A DNA stretch of 64,000 nt from Dehalococcoidia bacterium. GTDB taxonomy: Bacteria; Chloroflexota; Dehalococcoidia; Bin125. Under the pieces are notes generated by a model that saw nothing but the letters and a program-made list of their open reading frames with translations, was not told where the DNA came from and searched no databases. A program made the position numbers and the translations under genes. Positions 10,085 to 18,321 of the stretch are shown piece by piece (within the stretch, counting starts at the first letter, position 1; the number at the start of each line of letters is the position of its first letter). The stretch spans positions 32,001 through 96,000 of the forward strand of contig CAXXRD010000005.1 of NCBI GenBank assembly GCA_963663895.2. The letters are read 5' to 3'.

Positions 10085-10999
10085 ATGCATCCCGACTTGC
10101 ATCTCGACAAGCCTCCGCCACTGCGCACGCCCGCCATGATCCTGGCCTGGGGCGGCTGGAGCGACGCGGGCAGTGCCGCCACTCATGGCCTCCGTACGCT
10201 GGCCAACGCCATCGACGCGCAGCCCTGCGGGTCCATCGACCCGGAGAACTACTACGACTTTTCCGTGACGCGGCCGTTCGCCCGCTACCGCGATGGGGAG
10301 CGGGAGATCGTCTGGCCCAGCACGGACTTCTACTACGGCGCGCCGGCCGACGCCGATCGCGACTTGGGCATCGCCATCGGCTCCGAACCGGCCAATCGCT
10401 GGCGAAGCTACACGGAGGCGCTGTTTGACGGGGTGGAGGCCTTCGGCACCGAGCTGGTCATCTCACTGGCGGCGGTCGCCGCGCCCGTCCCCCATACGCG
10501 GCCCGTGGTGGTCTGGGGTGCCGCCAACACGGCTGCGCTGGCGGAGAAACATAACATGCAGCCCCCTGCTTACGAAGGGCCGACCGGCATCGTCGGCGTC
10601 TTCCACGACTACTGCCGTCGCAAAAGCGTCGGCGCGATCAGTCTCTGGGCGAGCGTGCCCCACTATCTCGGCGACACCACGAATCCCGTCGGATCACTGG
10701 CGTTGCTCGAGCGTCTGCAGAAGGTCCTCGATCTGCCCCTCCCGCTCGCCGGGCTGCGCTCGGAGATTTCGCAGTTCCAGGAACAGGTCGACCGTGCGAT
10801 CGCTCGTGACGATGACCTCGCCTCCTATGTGCGCCGCCTGGAATCGTCCGGCAGCCAGCTCGCCTCCTTCGAACCGCCCGCGCCGCGTTCGGAGGAACTG
10901 CCTCCGGCCGAGTCGCTGATCGAGGACTTGGAGCAGTTCCTGCGTGGCACCCAGCAAGATGGCTCCTCACAGCAAGAAGGCGAGCCTCGCGGTGGTTGA
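10085..10999 (+). CDS. PAC2 (proteasome assembly chaperone-like) family protein
   Basis: GWSDAG, PHTRP, YEGPTGIVG and WASVPHY motifs; GGAG SD before ATG 10085. Confidence 0.88.
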   Translation: MHPDLHLDKPPPLRTPAMILAWGGWSDAGSAATHGLRTLANAIDAQPCGSIDPENYYDFSVTRPFARYRDGEREIVWPSTDFYYGAPADADRDLGIAIGSEPANRWRSYTEALFDGVEAFGTELVISLAAVAAPVPHTRPVVVWGAANTAALAEKHNMQPPAYEGPTGIVGVFHDYCRRKSVGAISLWASVPHYLGDTTNPVGSLALLERLQKVLDLPLPLAGLRSEISQFQEQVDRAIARDDDLASYVRRLESSGSQLASFEPPAPRSEELPPAESLIEDLEQFLRGTQQDGSSQQEGEPRGG

Positions 11000-11492
11000 T
11001 GTCCCCAGCGCCGACGACCACAAAGAGGCTTCCGAGAAAAGCCTCAATAAGATGTGGAAATTCGTCCGTTCCTACGCGGAGAAGAGCGGTACTTTTCTGC
11101 ACCCCCAGCCCGAGATCACCGAGGCGCTGGTGATCGGTCTCGCCAAGCATGTGGATGAGTTTGGGCGGCCCCTCTGTCCCTGCAACTTTTACGAGGACAA
11201 GGCGGAGGAAGTTAAATCATCGACCTGGATCTGCCCGTGCGACGAGATGCAGAAGTGGAAGTACTGCCACTGACTGCTCTTTTGCGATCCGGAAGGTCTT
11301 CCGATCACCGAGTACCTCCCCAAAGACCACGAAGGCCGTGAGATCTATGGGGTGATTCGGGACCCGACGCCCGACAAAGGGCGGGCGATCGGGAGGCTGC
11401 AGGAGAAGACGGGCCGCACGATTCAGAAAAAGAAGCGGGGAGAGGAAAAGAAGCGAGGAGATAGCGAGAGCGTCAAGGACTCGGGCGGCTAA
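10992..11492 (+). CDS. Ferredoxin:thioredoxin reductase catalytic subunit, probable selenoprotein (Sec at TGA 11271-11273)
   Basis: PLCPC...ICPC...YCH-TGA-LLF matches the family CPC/CPC/CHC-LLF pattern; the frame stays open for 72 codons to TAA 11490-11492; start approximate. Confidence 0.85.
11286..11306 (+). promoter_or_regulatory. Candidate bacterial SECIS hairpin
   Basis: GATC-CGGAA-GGTC-TTCCG-ATC stem-loop with AGGTCT apex 21-26 nt after the TGA; the E. coli fdhF SECIS has the same apex sequence. Confidence 0.75.
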
Positions 11493-11627
11493 ACGGCCGT
11501 GCTCGGTCCGTCGGTTGCGCTGAGGGTGCTTCGCTTGCTTGCTCGGGGTCGCGCCCCGCCGCTACTCTGAGCCGTAATCAGTCACGCGCCGGACGAGCAG
11601 CGGGCCGCGCGGCATCGGGATGGAGCT

Positions 11628-11933
11628 ATGGCGAAGAAAAGCCAGGTCGCCCGCGACGCGAAGCGCCGCGCCATGTACGACAAGCACAGCGCGCGCCGCG
11701 CCGAACTCAAGGCCAAGCTCAAGACTTCCTGGGACGCTCCCATGGCTCGCTCGGAGATTCAGGCTGAGTTGCAGTCGATGCCGCGCAATAGCAGCCCGAC
11801 CCGGCTCAAGAACCGCTGCGCCGTCACGGGACGATCGCGAGGCTACATGCGCAAGTTCGGGCTCTCCCGCATCAGCTTCCGGGAGATGGCTTCCGAAGGT
11901 CTCTTGCCGGGTATTCGCAAGGCCTCCTGGTAG
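11628..11933 (+). CDS. rpsN: 30S ribosomal protein S14, long zinc-independent (C-) form, outside the spc operon
   Basis: MAKKS N-terminus and [37 protein letters not shown]...LPGIRKASW; 101 aa with a single Cys. Confidence 0.95.
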   Translation: MAKKSQVARDAKRRAMYDKHSARRAELKAKLKTSWDAPMARSEIQAELQSMPRNSSPTRLKNRCAVTGRSRGYMRKFGLSRISFREMASEGLLPGIRKASW

Positions 11934-12111
11934 CGCGCGCGGCTCGCTCTTTCTCTCCGATCGCCTTCCCGTCCCAGCGAGCTGTGCTCTGCCCGTTCCG
12001 GCGGCCCCTTGCTTCGCTCGTGAGGGATCTGTGCTTTGGGAGACACCGCGCGAGGATCTGATCGCCCTCGGTTGATCCCGTGGCCGCCTTCGCCGTCGGT
12101 AGGTCCAGGTC

Positions 12112-12348
12112 TTAGTCCGCGTCTGGCGGAGAGATCTGTAGCGCGCGCTCCTTGCGCTCCGCGCGGCGCCGGGCTCGGGCCAGCGAGCGCGCCATCATGC
12201 CGTCGAGGTAGGTGGGGTCGTAGCGCCGTCGATAGCGGGGCGGCATGAGTTCGCCGAGCACGACGCGATCAAACGGTCGCCGAGCTTTCCGAGCGTGCTC
12301 TCCCCCGGTGCGGGCGATCGGGAGCAAGGAGCGCAAGCCTCTGGTCAT
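12112..12348 (-). CDS. Small Arg-rich hypothetical protein
   Basis: 78-aa ORF in an otherwise empty gap; no family recognised. Confidence 0.35.
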   Translation of the reverse strand: MTRGLRSLLPIARTGGEHARKARRPFDRVVLGELMPPRYRRRYDPTYLDGMMARSLARARRRAERKERALQISPPDAD

Positions 12349-12440
12349 CGATCCATCGCCGCTGCTGGAACGAGCAACTCTCCTATCGGCTTAGTGTAAT
12401 GATACCACATCTTACTGTGCAAGGCCTCTTACTCTCTATA

Positions 12441-12482
12441 AAAATAGGTATTGATAATATGTATTAAGATTACCTAATATTT
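12441..12482. promoter_or_regulatory. AT-rich promoter/operator, probable iron-regulator site (DtxR/IdeR- or Fur-like)
   Basis: TAGGTA...TACCTA inverted repeat around GATAAT in an AT-rich island about 85 bp upstream of the Fe ABC operon. Confidence 0.55.
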
Positions 12483-12563
12483 GGCACGGCTTCCGATGAC
12501 GCACACGACACCCGGCTGATCCAACACCTTGGATCGCAGACCGCAACAGGAGGACCCCAACCC

Positions 12564-13787
12564 GTGGCTGCTTCAATCCCAAGGCGATCGCCTTACCTTC
12601 TCATCGCCATAGCGTTATTGGCTTTCGCCCTGGTTGCCGCATGCGGCGGCGACGACGGCGATAGCTCCGCTGCTCCGCAACCATCGGTGGCCGAACAACC
12701 GGCCGCTGAGCCTGCTCCCCCGGAACCGGTGTCCGCTCCAGAGCCGGCGGCGGTCGAGGAGGAGATGCCTGCTGCGGAGGAGATGCCCGCTGAGGAAGAG
12801 ATGTCCGCCCAGGAGGAGATGCCCGCCCAACAGACCGTCTCCGAAGCCGACGTGGATGGTCCGCAGACACTTACGGTCTACTCCGGCCGCAAGGAATCGC
12901 TCGTGGGGCCGCTGCTCGATCAGTTCGAAGTTGATACCGGCATCGATGTGCGGGTCCGCTACGGCGGCACCGCGGAGCTCGCGGTGGCTATCCTGGAAGA
13001 GGGCGACCGCTCGCCCGCAGATGTCTTCTTTGCTCAGGACGCCGGTGCCTTGGGGGCGCTACAGGACCACGGCCGCTTCCTCGATCTGGATGATGCACTC
13101 CTGAACCGGGTCGATGCCGTGTTCCGCTCCGCGACCGGCGGTTGGGTCGGTGCGTCCGGCCGCGCGCGCGTCGTCGTGTACTCCACCCAGCTGAGTGAGG
13201 AGGAGCTTCCTGCTTCCATCTTCGATCTGATTGAGCCGGAGTGGAGTGGACGTGTGGGCTGGGCCCCGACCAATGGCTCCTTCCAGGCTTTCGTCACGGC
13301 GATGCGCCAGGTCCACGGTGACGCGGCGACCGCTGACTGGCTCCGCGCCATGATCGACAATGGTGTGCAGGAATATCCTAAGAACACTCCCATTGTGCAG
13401 GCGGTGGGCGACGGGGAGATCGACGTTGGGCTCGTCAACCACTACTACCTCTGGCGCTTCATCACCGAAGATCCCGATTTTCCCGCCGCCAACCACTACA
13501 CCGACGCGGGCGAGCCGGGTGCTCTTGTGAACGTCGCGGGAGTCGGTATCTTGGATTCCTCGACTAATCAGGAGGCCGCGCGTGCGTTCGTCGACTATTT
13601 GCTGAGTGAGACGGCGCAACAGTACTTCGCGACGGAGACGCATGAGTACCCGCTGATCACGGGTGTCGATCCCAACCCCGGCATCCCCGGTCTCGACACG
13701 CTCGACCCGCCCTCACTCGCGCTCACCTCGCTCGCTGATCTGGAAGGGACACTCAATCTCTTAAGGGAAGTCGGCGCGCTGCCTTAA
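12564..13787 (+). CDS. Fe(III) ABC transporter substrate-binding lipoprotein (FutA/FbpA family)
   Basis: Lipobox LVAAC; LTVYSGR, SPADVFFAQD and GLVNHYYL (iron-binding YY). Confidence 0.9.
   Translation: MAASIPRRSPYLLIAIALLAFALVAACGGDDGDSSAAPQPSVAEQPAAEPAPPEPVSAPEPAAVEEEMPAAEEMPAEEEMSAQEEMPAQQTVSEADVDGPQTLTVYSGRKESLVGPLLDQFEVDTGIDVRVRYGGTAELAVAILEEGDRSPADVFFAQDAGALGALQDHGRFLDLDDALLNRVDAVFRSATGGWVGASGRARVVVYSTQLSEEELPASIFDLIEPEWSGRVGWAPTNGSFQAFVTAMRQVHGDAATADWLRAMIDNGVQEYPKNTPIVQAVGDGEIDVGLVNHYYLWRFITEDPDFPAANHYTDAGEPGALVNVAGVGILDSSTNQEAARAFVDYLLSETAQQYFATETHEYPLITGVDPNPGIPGLDTLDPPSLALTSLADLEGTLNLLREVGALP
12756..12830 (+). repeat. 18-bp tandem repeat, about 4 copies, encoding (xEEMPA)n in the binding-protein linker
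   Basis: GAGGAGATGCCTGCTGCG / GAGGAGATGCCCGCTGAG / GAAGAGATGTCCGCCCAG / GAGGAGATGCCCGCCCAA. Confidence 0.85.
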
Positions 13788-13806
13788 GGCAGCGCCTCCC
13801 CGCTCC

Positions 13807-15414
13807 ATGGCCGGAGTCGCTGCTCGCTCAACGGTTCTCGCTCACCGTAGGCGGCTCCCAGGCCCAGCATGGCCGCTGGCCCTCGTTGTGGCCGCGGCCA
13901 TGTTGCTTCCCCTTATCTATCTCATCATCCGGGCGCTTGATGCCGACGCGGCCGCCTGGAGCGCATTGGGTGACGCGTCCTCCCTGCGCCTTGTCCTGCG
14001 TACGGCCCTCCTCGCCCTCGCCGTCGCCGGCGCCTCGCTGGTGCTGGCGCTTCCAATGGCTTGGCTCACGGTTCGGACCGATCTCCCGCTTCGCCGGCTA
14101 TGGAGCGTGCTTGCGATCGTCCCGCTCGTCATCCCCAGCTATGTTGGTGCGGTTGCGTTCATAGCTGCGTTCGGTCCTCGCGGCACTCTGCAGGAGATCC
14201 TCTCGCCGCTGGGAGTCGATACCGTCCCGCAGATTTACGGCTTTCCAGGCGCCTTCCTGGCTCTCACGCTGTTCAGCTACCCCTACCTCCTCCTGGTTCT
14301 GCGGGCGGGCTTGCGCGGGATCGATCCGGCACTCGAGGATGCCTCCCGCAGCCTGGGGATGGGATCCTGGCGGACGTTTTTCCGCGTGACCGTCCCGCAG
14401 CTGCGGGTACCCATCACGGCGGGGTCCCTGCTTGTGGCGCTCTACGTCGTATCGGACTTCGGCGCCGTGTCGCTTTTACGGACCGATACCCTCACCCGCG
14501 CCATCTTCATCCAGTACCAGACCTCGTTCGACCGGGCGGCGGCGGCCGTGCTCGGACTTGAGCTCGTCGGGCTGGTCGCACTCATTCTGGTGCTGGAGTG
14601 GCTGTATCGCAGACGCGGTCGCTTCCACGGCGCCGGCCCAGGCACACCCGGACCGCCGCGGCTCCTGCGGCTGGGCCGTTGGCGTTGGCCGGCGCTCGCC
14701 TTTCTCGCCGTGATCGTGCTTGTCGCCTTGGGCGTGCCCGTGGGCGTCCTCCTGCATTGGCTCGTGCGGGGGCTGCAAGCCGGTGAACCGTTCGCGGGCG
14801 CATGGGGCGCCGCGCTCAACTCCGCCTGGGTCTCTGCGGTGGCGGGGCTGGTGGCGGTGGTCGTGGCGATTCCCGTCGCGATCGTCGCCGTGCGCAAGCC
14901 GTCGCCGCTCGCGGCCTTGGTGGAGCGCGTCGGCTATACGGGCTTTGCCCTCCCCGGCATCGTGGTCGCGCTGTCGCTGGTGTTCTTCGGTTTGCGGGTC
15001 GTACCGGCCGTGTACCAGAGTTGGGTGCTGCTGGTTTTCGCCTATCTCGTGCTCTTTTTCCCGCTGGCGCTGGGGGGCATCCGGACTTCGTTGGTCCAGA
15101 TCCGTCCCGGGATCGAAGAGGCCGCCCGCAGCTTGGGCGGATCGCCGGGGCGCGTGCTGGCCACGATCACGATTCCCCTGCTCGTCCCTGGACTCGTGAG
15201 CGGCTTTGCGCTGGTTTTCCTCACCGCTATGAAAGAATTGCCCGCGACGCTCCTTCTCGCACCGATCGGATTTGATACCCTCGCTACTGAAGTATGGTCT
15301 GCCTCTTCCGAAGCCTTCTTCGCCCGTGCGGCGGCGCCTGCACTCATTCTGATCCTCGTGGCGGCGCTGCCGCTGGCGCTGTTGGTCGCCCGTGAACACC
15401 GAGTTGAACGCTGA
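13807..15414 (+). CDS. Fe(III) ABC transporter permease (FbpB family)
   Basis: Two EAA loops (LEDASRSLG, IEEAARSLG); DFGAV and MKELPATLLL motifs. Confidence 0.92.
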   Translation: MAGVAARSTVLAHRRRLPGPAWPLALVVAAAMLLPLIYLIIRALDADAAAWSALGDASSLRLVLRTALLALAVAGASLVLALPMAWLTVRTDLPLRRLWSVLAIVPLVIPSYVGAVAFIAAFGPRGTLQEILSPLGVDTVPQIYGFPGAFLALTLFSYPYLLLVLRAGLRGIDPALEDASRSLGMGSWRTFFRVTVPQLRVPITAGSLLVALYVVSDFGAVSLLRTDTLTRAIFIQYQTSFDRAAAAVLGLELVGLVALILVLEWLYRRRGRFHGAGPGTPGPPRLLRLGRWRWPALAFLAVIVLVALGVPVGVLLHWLVRGLQAGEPFAGAWGAALNSAWVSAVAGLVAVVVAIPVAIVAVRKPSPLAALVERVGYTGFALPGIVVALSLVFFGLRVVPAVYQSWVLLVFAYLVLFFPLALGGIRTSLVQIRPGIEEAARSLGGSPGRVLATITIPLLVPGLVSGFALVFLTAMKELPATLLLAPIGFDTLATEVWSASSEAFFARAAAPALILILVAALPLALLVAREHRVER

Positions 15415-16588
15415 GGCGCCGGCTGCGTTGGAGTGTGCGGGCCTGCGGAAGAGCTTCGCGCAGGGTTCGGCTCGCGAGGTGCGCGCCGTTGACGATCTGT
15501 CCCTGACCGTCCGCTCCGGTGAAACCGTCGCTCTCCTTGGTCCCAGCGGCTGCGGCAAGACTACGACCCTGCGGCTCATCGCCGGCTTCGAGTGGCCCGA
15601 CATGGGGCGCGTGGTGATCGCGGGACGTGAGGTGGTCGGCGCGGGCGCCTTCCTCCCTCCCGAGCGGCGCCGGGTGGGAATGGTCTTTCAGGACTATGCG
15701 CTCTTCCCCCATCTCACCGTGGCGGACAATGTCGCCTACGGCTTGGAGAATTCTACCGTCGGGCGCTGGACTCCTGCCCTGCGGCGTCCCCTCGCTGCGC
15801 TTCGTGGCCGCTTTCGCTTTGGTAGCGCTGCGGCGGCGGCGATCGACGCGCGTGTTCAGGAGGCGCTTGAGCTTGTGGCGCTGCCGCACGTCGCCGGGCG
15901 CTTCCCGCACGAGCTTTCCGGCGGTGAGGCGCAGCGTGTCGCGCTTGCGCGGGCGCTGGCGCCGGGGCCCGCGCTGCTGTTGCTGGATGAACCCTTCTCA
16001 AACCTGGATGCGCCGCTCCGCGCCAGCGTTCGGAGCGAGGTGCGTGAGATCCTGCGCCGTGCTTCCACCGCGTCCATCTTCGTTACCCACGATCAAGAGG
16101 AGGCGTTCGCTATCGCCGATAGGGTGGCCGTACAACTGCGAGGTCGGATCGAGCAAGTGGGTTCGCCCGTCGAGATTTACCATCGCCCTGCGACACGCAG
16201 CGTCGCTGCTTTCGTTGGAGAGGCCGACTTCCTTCCCGGCACCTTGACGTCCGACGGCGTCGAGACCGAGATCGGCCGCATCCCGATCGAAGACGATTCC
16301 GGCGCGGCTGCCGGATCGGTCGATGTGATGCTGCGCCCCGAACGCGTTCAGCTCGCTGCGGCGGGCGCTACGGGGCCGGGTCATGGTCAGGCGGTCGTCG
16401 AGCGGCGGGAATTTTACGGTCACGATCAGCTCGTGACGTTGCGTCTCGATTCAGGAGCACGTATCCGCGCGCGTCTCGGTCCCGATGCCGATTTTCCTCC
16501 GGGACGCCGCGCCAGCGTCTTCGCGACGGGCGCGGGGATCGTCTACCCGCCGCTCTCCGGCGCTCAAGGACCGGTGCTGGGAGAGTGA
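15392..16588 (+). CDS. Fe(III) ABC transporter ATP-binding protein (FbpC family, C-terminal TOBE)
   Basis: GPSGCGKTT, LSGGE, LLLDEPFSNLD and VTHDQEEA motifs. Confidence 0.92.
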   Translation: MNTELNAEAPAALECAGLRKSFAQGSAREVRAVDDLSLTVRSGETVALLGPSGCGKTTTLRLIAGFEWPDMGRVVIAGREVVGAGAFLPPERRRVGMVFQDYALFPHLTVADNVAYGLENSTVGRWTPALRRPLAALRGRFRFGSAAAAAIDARVQEALELVALPHVAGRFPHELSGGEAQRVALARALAPGPALLLLDEPFSNLDAPLRASVRSEVREILRRASTASIFVTHDQEEAFAIADRVAVQLRGRIEQVGSPVEIYHRPATRSVAAFVGEADFLPGTLTSDGVETEIGRIPIEDDSGAAAGSVDVMLRPERVQLAAAGATGPGHGQAVVERREFYGHDQLVTLRLDSGARIRARLGPDADFPPGRRASVFATGAGIVYPPLSGAQGPVLGE

Positions 16589-16847
16589 GTCACGCCCTGC
16601 ACAGGATGGCCGAGCGCTTCGCCAACTCGCCGGCGGGCAGTGCAAGACCATCGCCCGGACGCTGGCGGCGATCGGTGCGCTGATCGATCTGCCGATGGGG
16701 CTACCCCGTGCCTGTCTCCGTGCGCTCTTTTCCCTGGGAGCGGGAGACCGCCGCCACGGCCGGCTGGGCTCCGCCGGGCGACGCTCTCTGCTCTTTCGCT
16801 TATCATGCCCCTTGCTGTCGCGGCCCAGCAGCGCGAAGGGAACCACC

Positions 16848-17369
16848 ATGAAAGAGACTGCCTTCCTCCATCACTTTATCGGCAAGCTCCACGACGACAT
16901 CGCCAAGGCTGTCGGCGAGCTGTCGGACGAGCAGCTCTACTACTACCCGGAGGGGGGCGTGCACGCTGCCTTCCACGCGTGGCACGTCATTCGTACGGTG
17001 GACAACGTGATTAACTTCGTGTGCCAGGACCGCAAGCGGCCCGTGTGGATGCGCCAGAATCTCCACGAGGAATGGAGTTTGCCAAAGGCCGCGCAGGGCA
17101 CCGGCATGGATCTTGCCCAGGCCCAGGCGCTCCGCCTCCCCAGCAACCAGGAATTTCAAAGCTACATCGCCGCTGTGAAGAGCGATGTGCTCGGCTACTT
17201 CGACGCGATCGATGACAACGATCTGGCGGTCGAGACGGAGGTGAAGCCGTTCGGCGTGAAGCCGAAGCTGCAGCACATCGGGCAGACCATCCTCTCGCAT
17301 GGCGGCACCCACCTGGGGCAGATCAAGATGTTGCGCACGATGCAGGGTCTGAAGGGCGATGAGATCTAG
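16848..17369 (+). CDS. DinB family protein
   Basis: FHAWH near the N-terminus and HGGTHLGQI near the C-terminus (His triad). Confidence 0.8.
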   Translation: MKETAFLHHFIGKLHDDIAKAVGELSDEQLYYYPEGGVHAAFHAWHVIRTVDNVINFVCQDRKRPVWMRQNLHEEWSLPKAAQGTGMDLAQAQALRLPSNQEFQSYIAAVKSDVLGYFDAIDDNDLAVETEVKPFGVKPKLQHIGQTILSHGGTHLGQIKMLRTMQGLKGDEI

Positions 17370-17370
17370 C

Positions 17371-18321
17371 TCAGCCCGAGCGCGGTCCCTGCGGCGGCGC
17401 GCTTAGCACGGGCCCGGCGCGGAGTTCCGCGGCGATCATTGCCAGCGCCGCTGCGTCGTCGTTGCGTGCGGCGCGCGCCGCTGCGCGGACCGAGACAGCG
17501 GTACCCAACAGCCGCACGCGCCGCAGCACATCCGCGCCTATGCGCCCGCCTCCGCGCCGGTAGGCATCTACGACGCGCCAGCTGAACTCGGCGCCGGTGC
17601 AGCGCACCAATCCCGCGAAGTCGATCGCCGGGTCCCCGAGCGCGGCACTCTGAAACCCGTCGACCGCGATCAGCTCCGTCTGCTCGGGATCGACGAGCAG
17701 ATCGCCGGGCCGCAGATCGCCGTGCACCAAGGTTGGCTCATCGCTCCAATTGCGATCATCCGCCGTGAAGTTGCGCCACCAGCGCCGCAAGCGTCCGAAC
17801 TCGGAGAAGCTGAGCTCCCCGCGCAGTGGCGGCAAGCCCTCGCGTCCCGCCTCATCGAGATGCTGGCGCCAAGCCCGCGGCCCCGGGACGGCGAGACCCT
17901 GCGCCTGTTTGACCGGAAAGCGGTGCAATCCGAGGAGGAACGTCGCGATCGACCCCGCCACCCGCGTGATCAATCGGTCCGGTACCGTCTCTACGCTCAG
18001 GGGCACGCCCGGCAGCTGTCGCTGCCCCCAGAGGCCGAAGGGCGCCTCATCGGAGGGACCGCTCTCCCAGGCGGGCTGGGACAGCGTGGGCTCAACGTGA
18101 CCGCGCAGGAAGGGAAGCAGGCGTGTCTGGACGCCGGCGGCATCGACGCCTCGCTCGCTCAGGGGTAGGTGAAAGCGCTCGCCCCCGGCCGTTCGCACGA
18201 CCAGCAAGTCGGCGTCGCGCTCGACGAGCGTCAGCGGCTCGACATCCCGGAGGTTCGGCGCCGCCGTTCGTACCGCGACTGCACAGCGTGCTAGTTCGAG
18301 ATCGTCTGCGGCGGTGATCAC
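17371..18321 (-). CDS. Aminoglycoside phosphotransferase-like (APH/choline kinase fold) protein
   Basis: LVHGDLRPGDLLV and GDPAIDFAGL motifs; GTGA overlap with the upstream gene. Confidence 0.8.
   Translation of the reverse strand: MITAADDLELARCAVAVRTAAPNLRDVEPLTLVERDADLLVVRTAGGERFHLPLSERGVDAAGVQTRLLPFLRGHVEPTLSQPAWESGPSDEAPFGLWGQRQLPGVPLSVETVPDRLITRVAGSIATFLLGLHRFPVKQAQGLAVPGPRAWRQHLDEAGREGLPPLRGELSFSEFGRLRRWWRNFTADDRNWSDEPTLVHGDLRPGDLLVDPEQTELIAVDGFQSAALGDPAIDFAGLVRCTGAEFSWRVVDAYRRGGGRIGADVLRRVRLLGTAVSVRAAARAARNDDAAALAMIAAELRAGPVLSAPPQGPRSG

Noticed and set aside
11271-11273. TGA as a true stop or sequencing error in the FTR gene
   Set aside because: It falls exactly on the catalytic Cys position, is followed by the family-typical LLF and a SECIS-like hairpin, and is a substitution rather than the homopolymer indel type seen elsewhere.
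11428-11462. Short direct repeat AAAAGAAGCG(G/A)GGAGA x2
   Set aside because: It is a small in-frame duplication (KKRGEEKKRGD) in the charged tail of the FTR read-through region, not a separate element.
12447-12474. GGTATTGATAA-TATGTA-TTAAGATTACC resembles a dif (XerCD) site
   Set aside because: The XerD arm matches TTATGTTAAAT at only 6 of 11 positions. No obvious terminus-type skew switch is seen here, and the position before an iron operon favours an operator.
17371-18321. Antibiotic resistance gene (APH)
   Set aside because: Only the fold-level HGD motif is present and the Mg-binding motifs are degenerate. It is coupled to an M23 gene in a core context with no sign of mobility.
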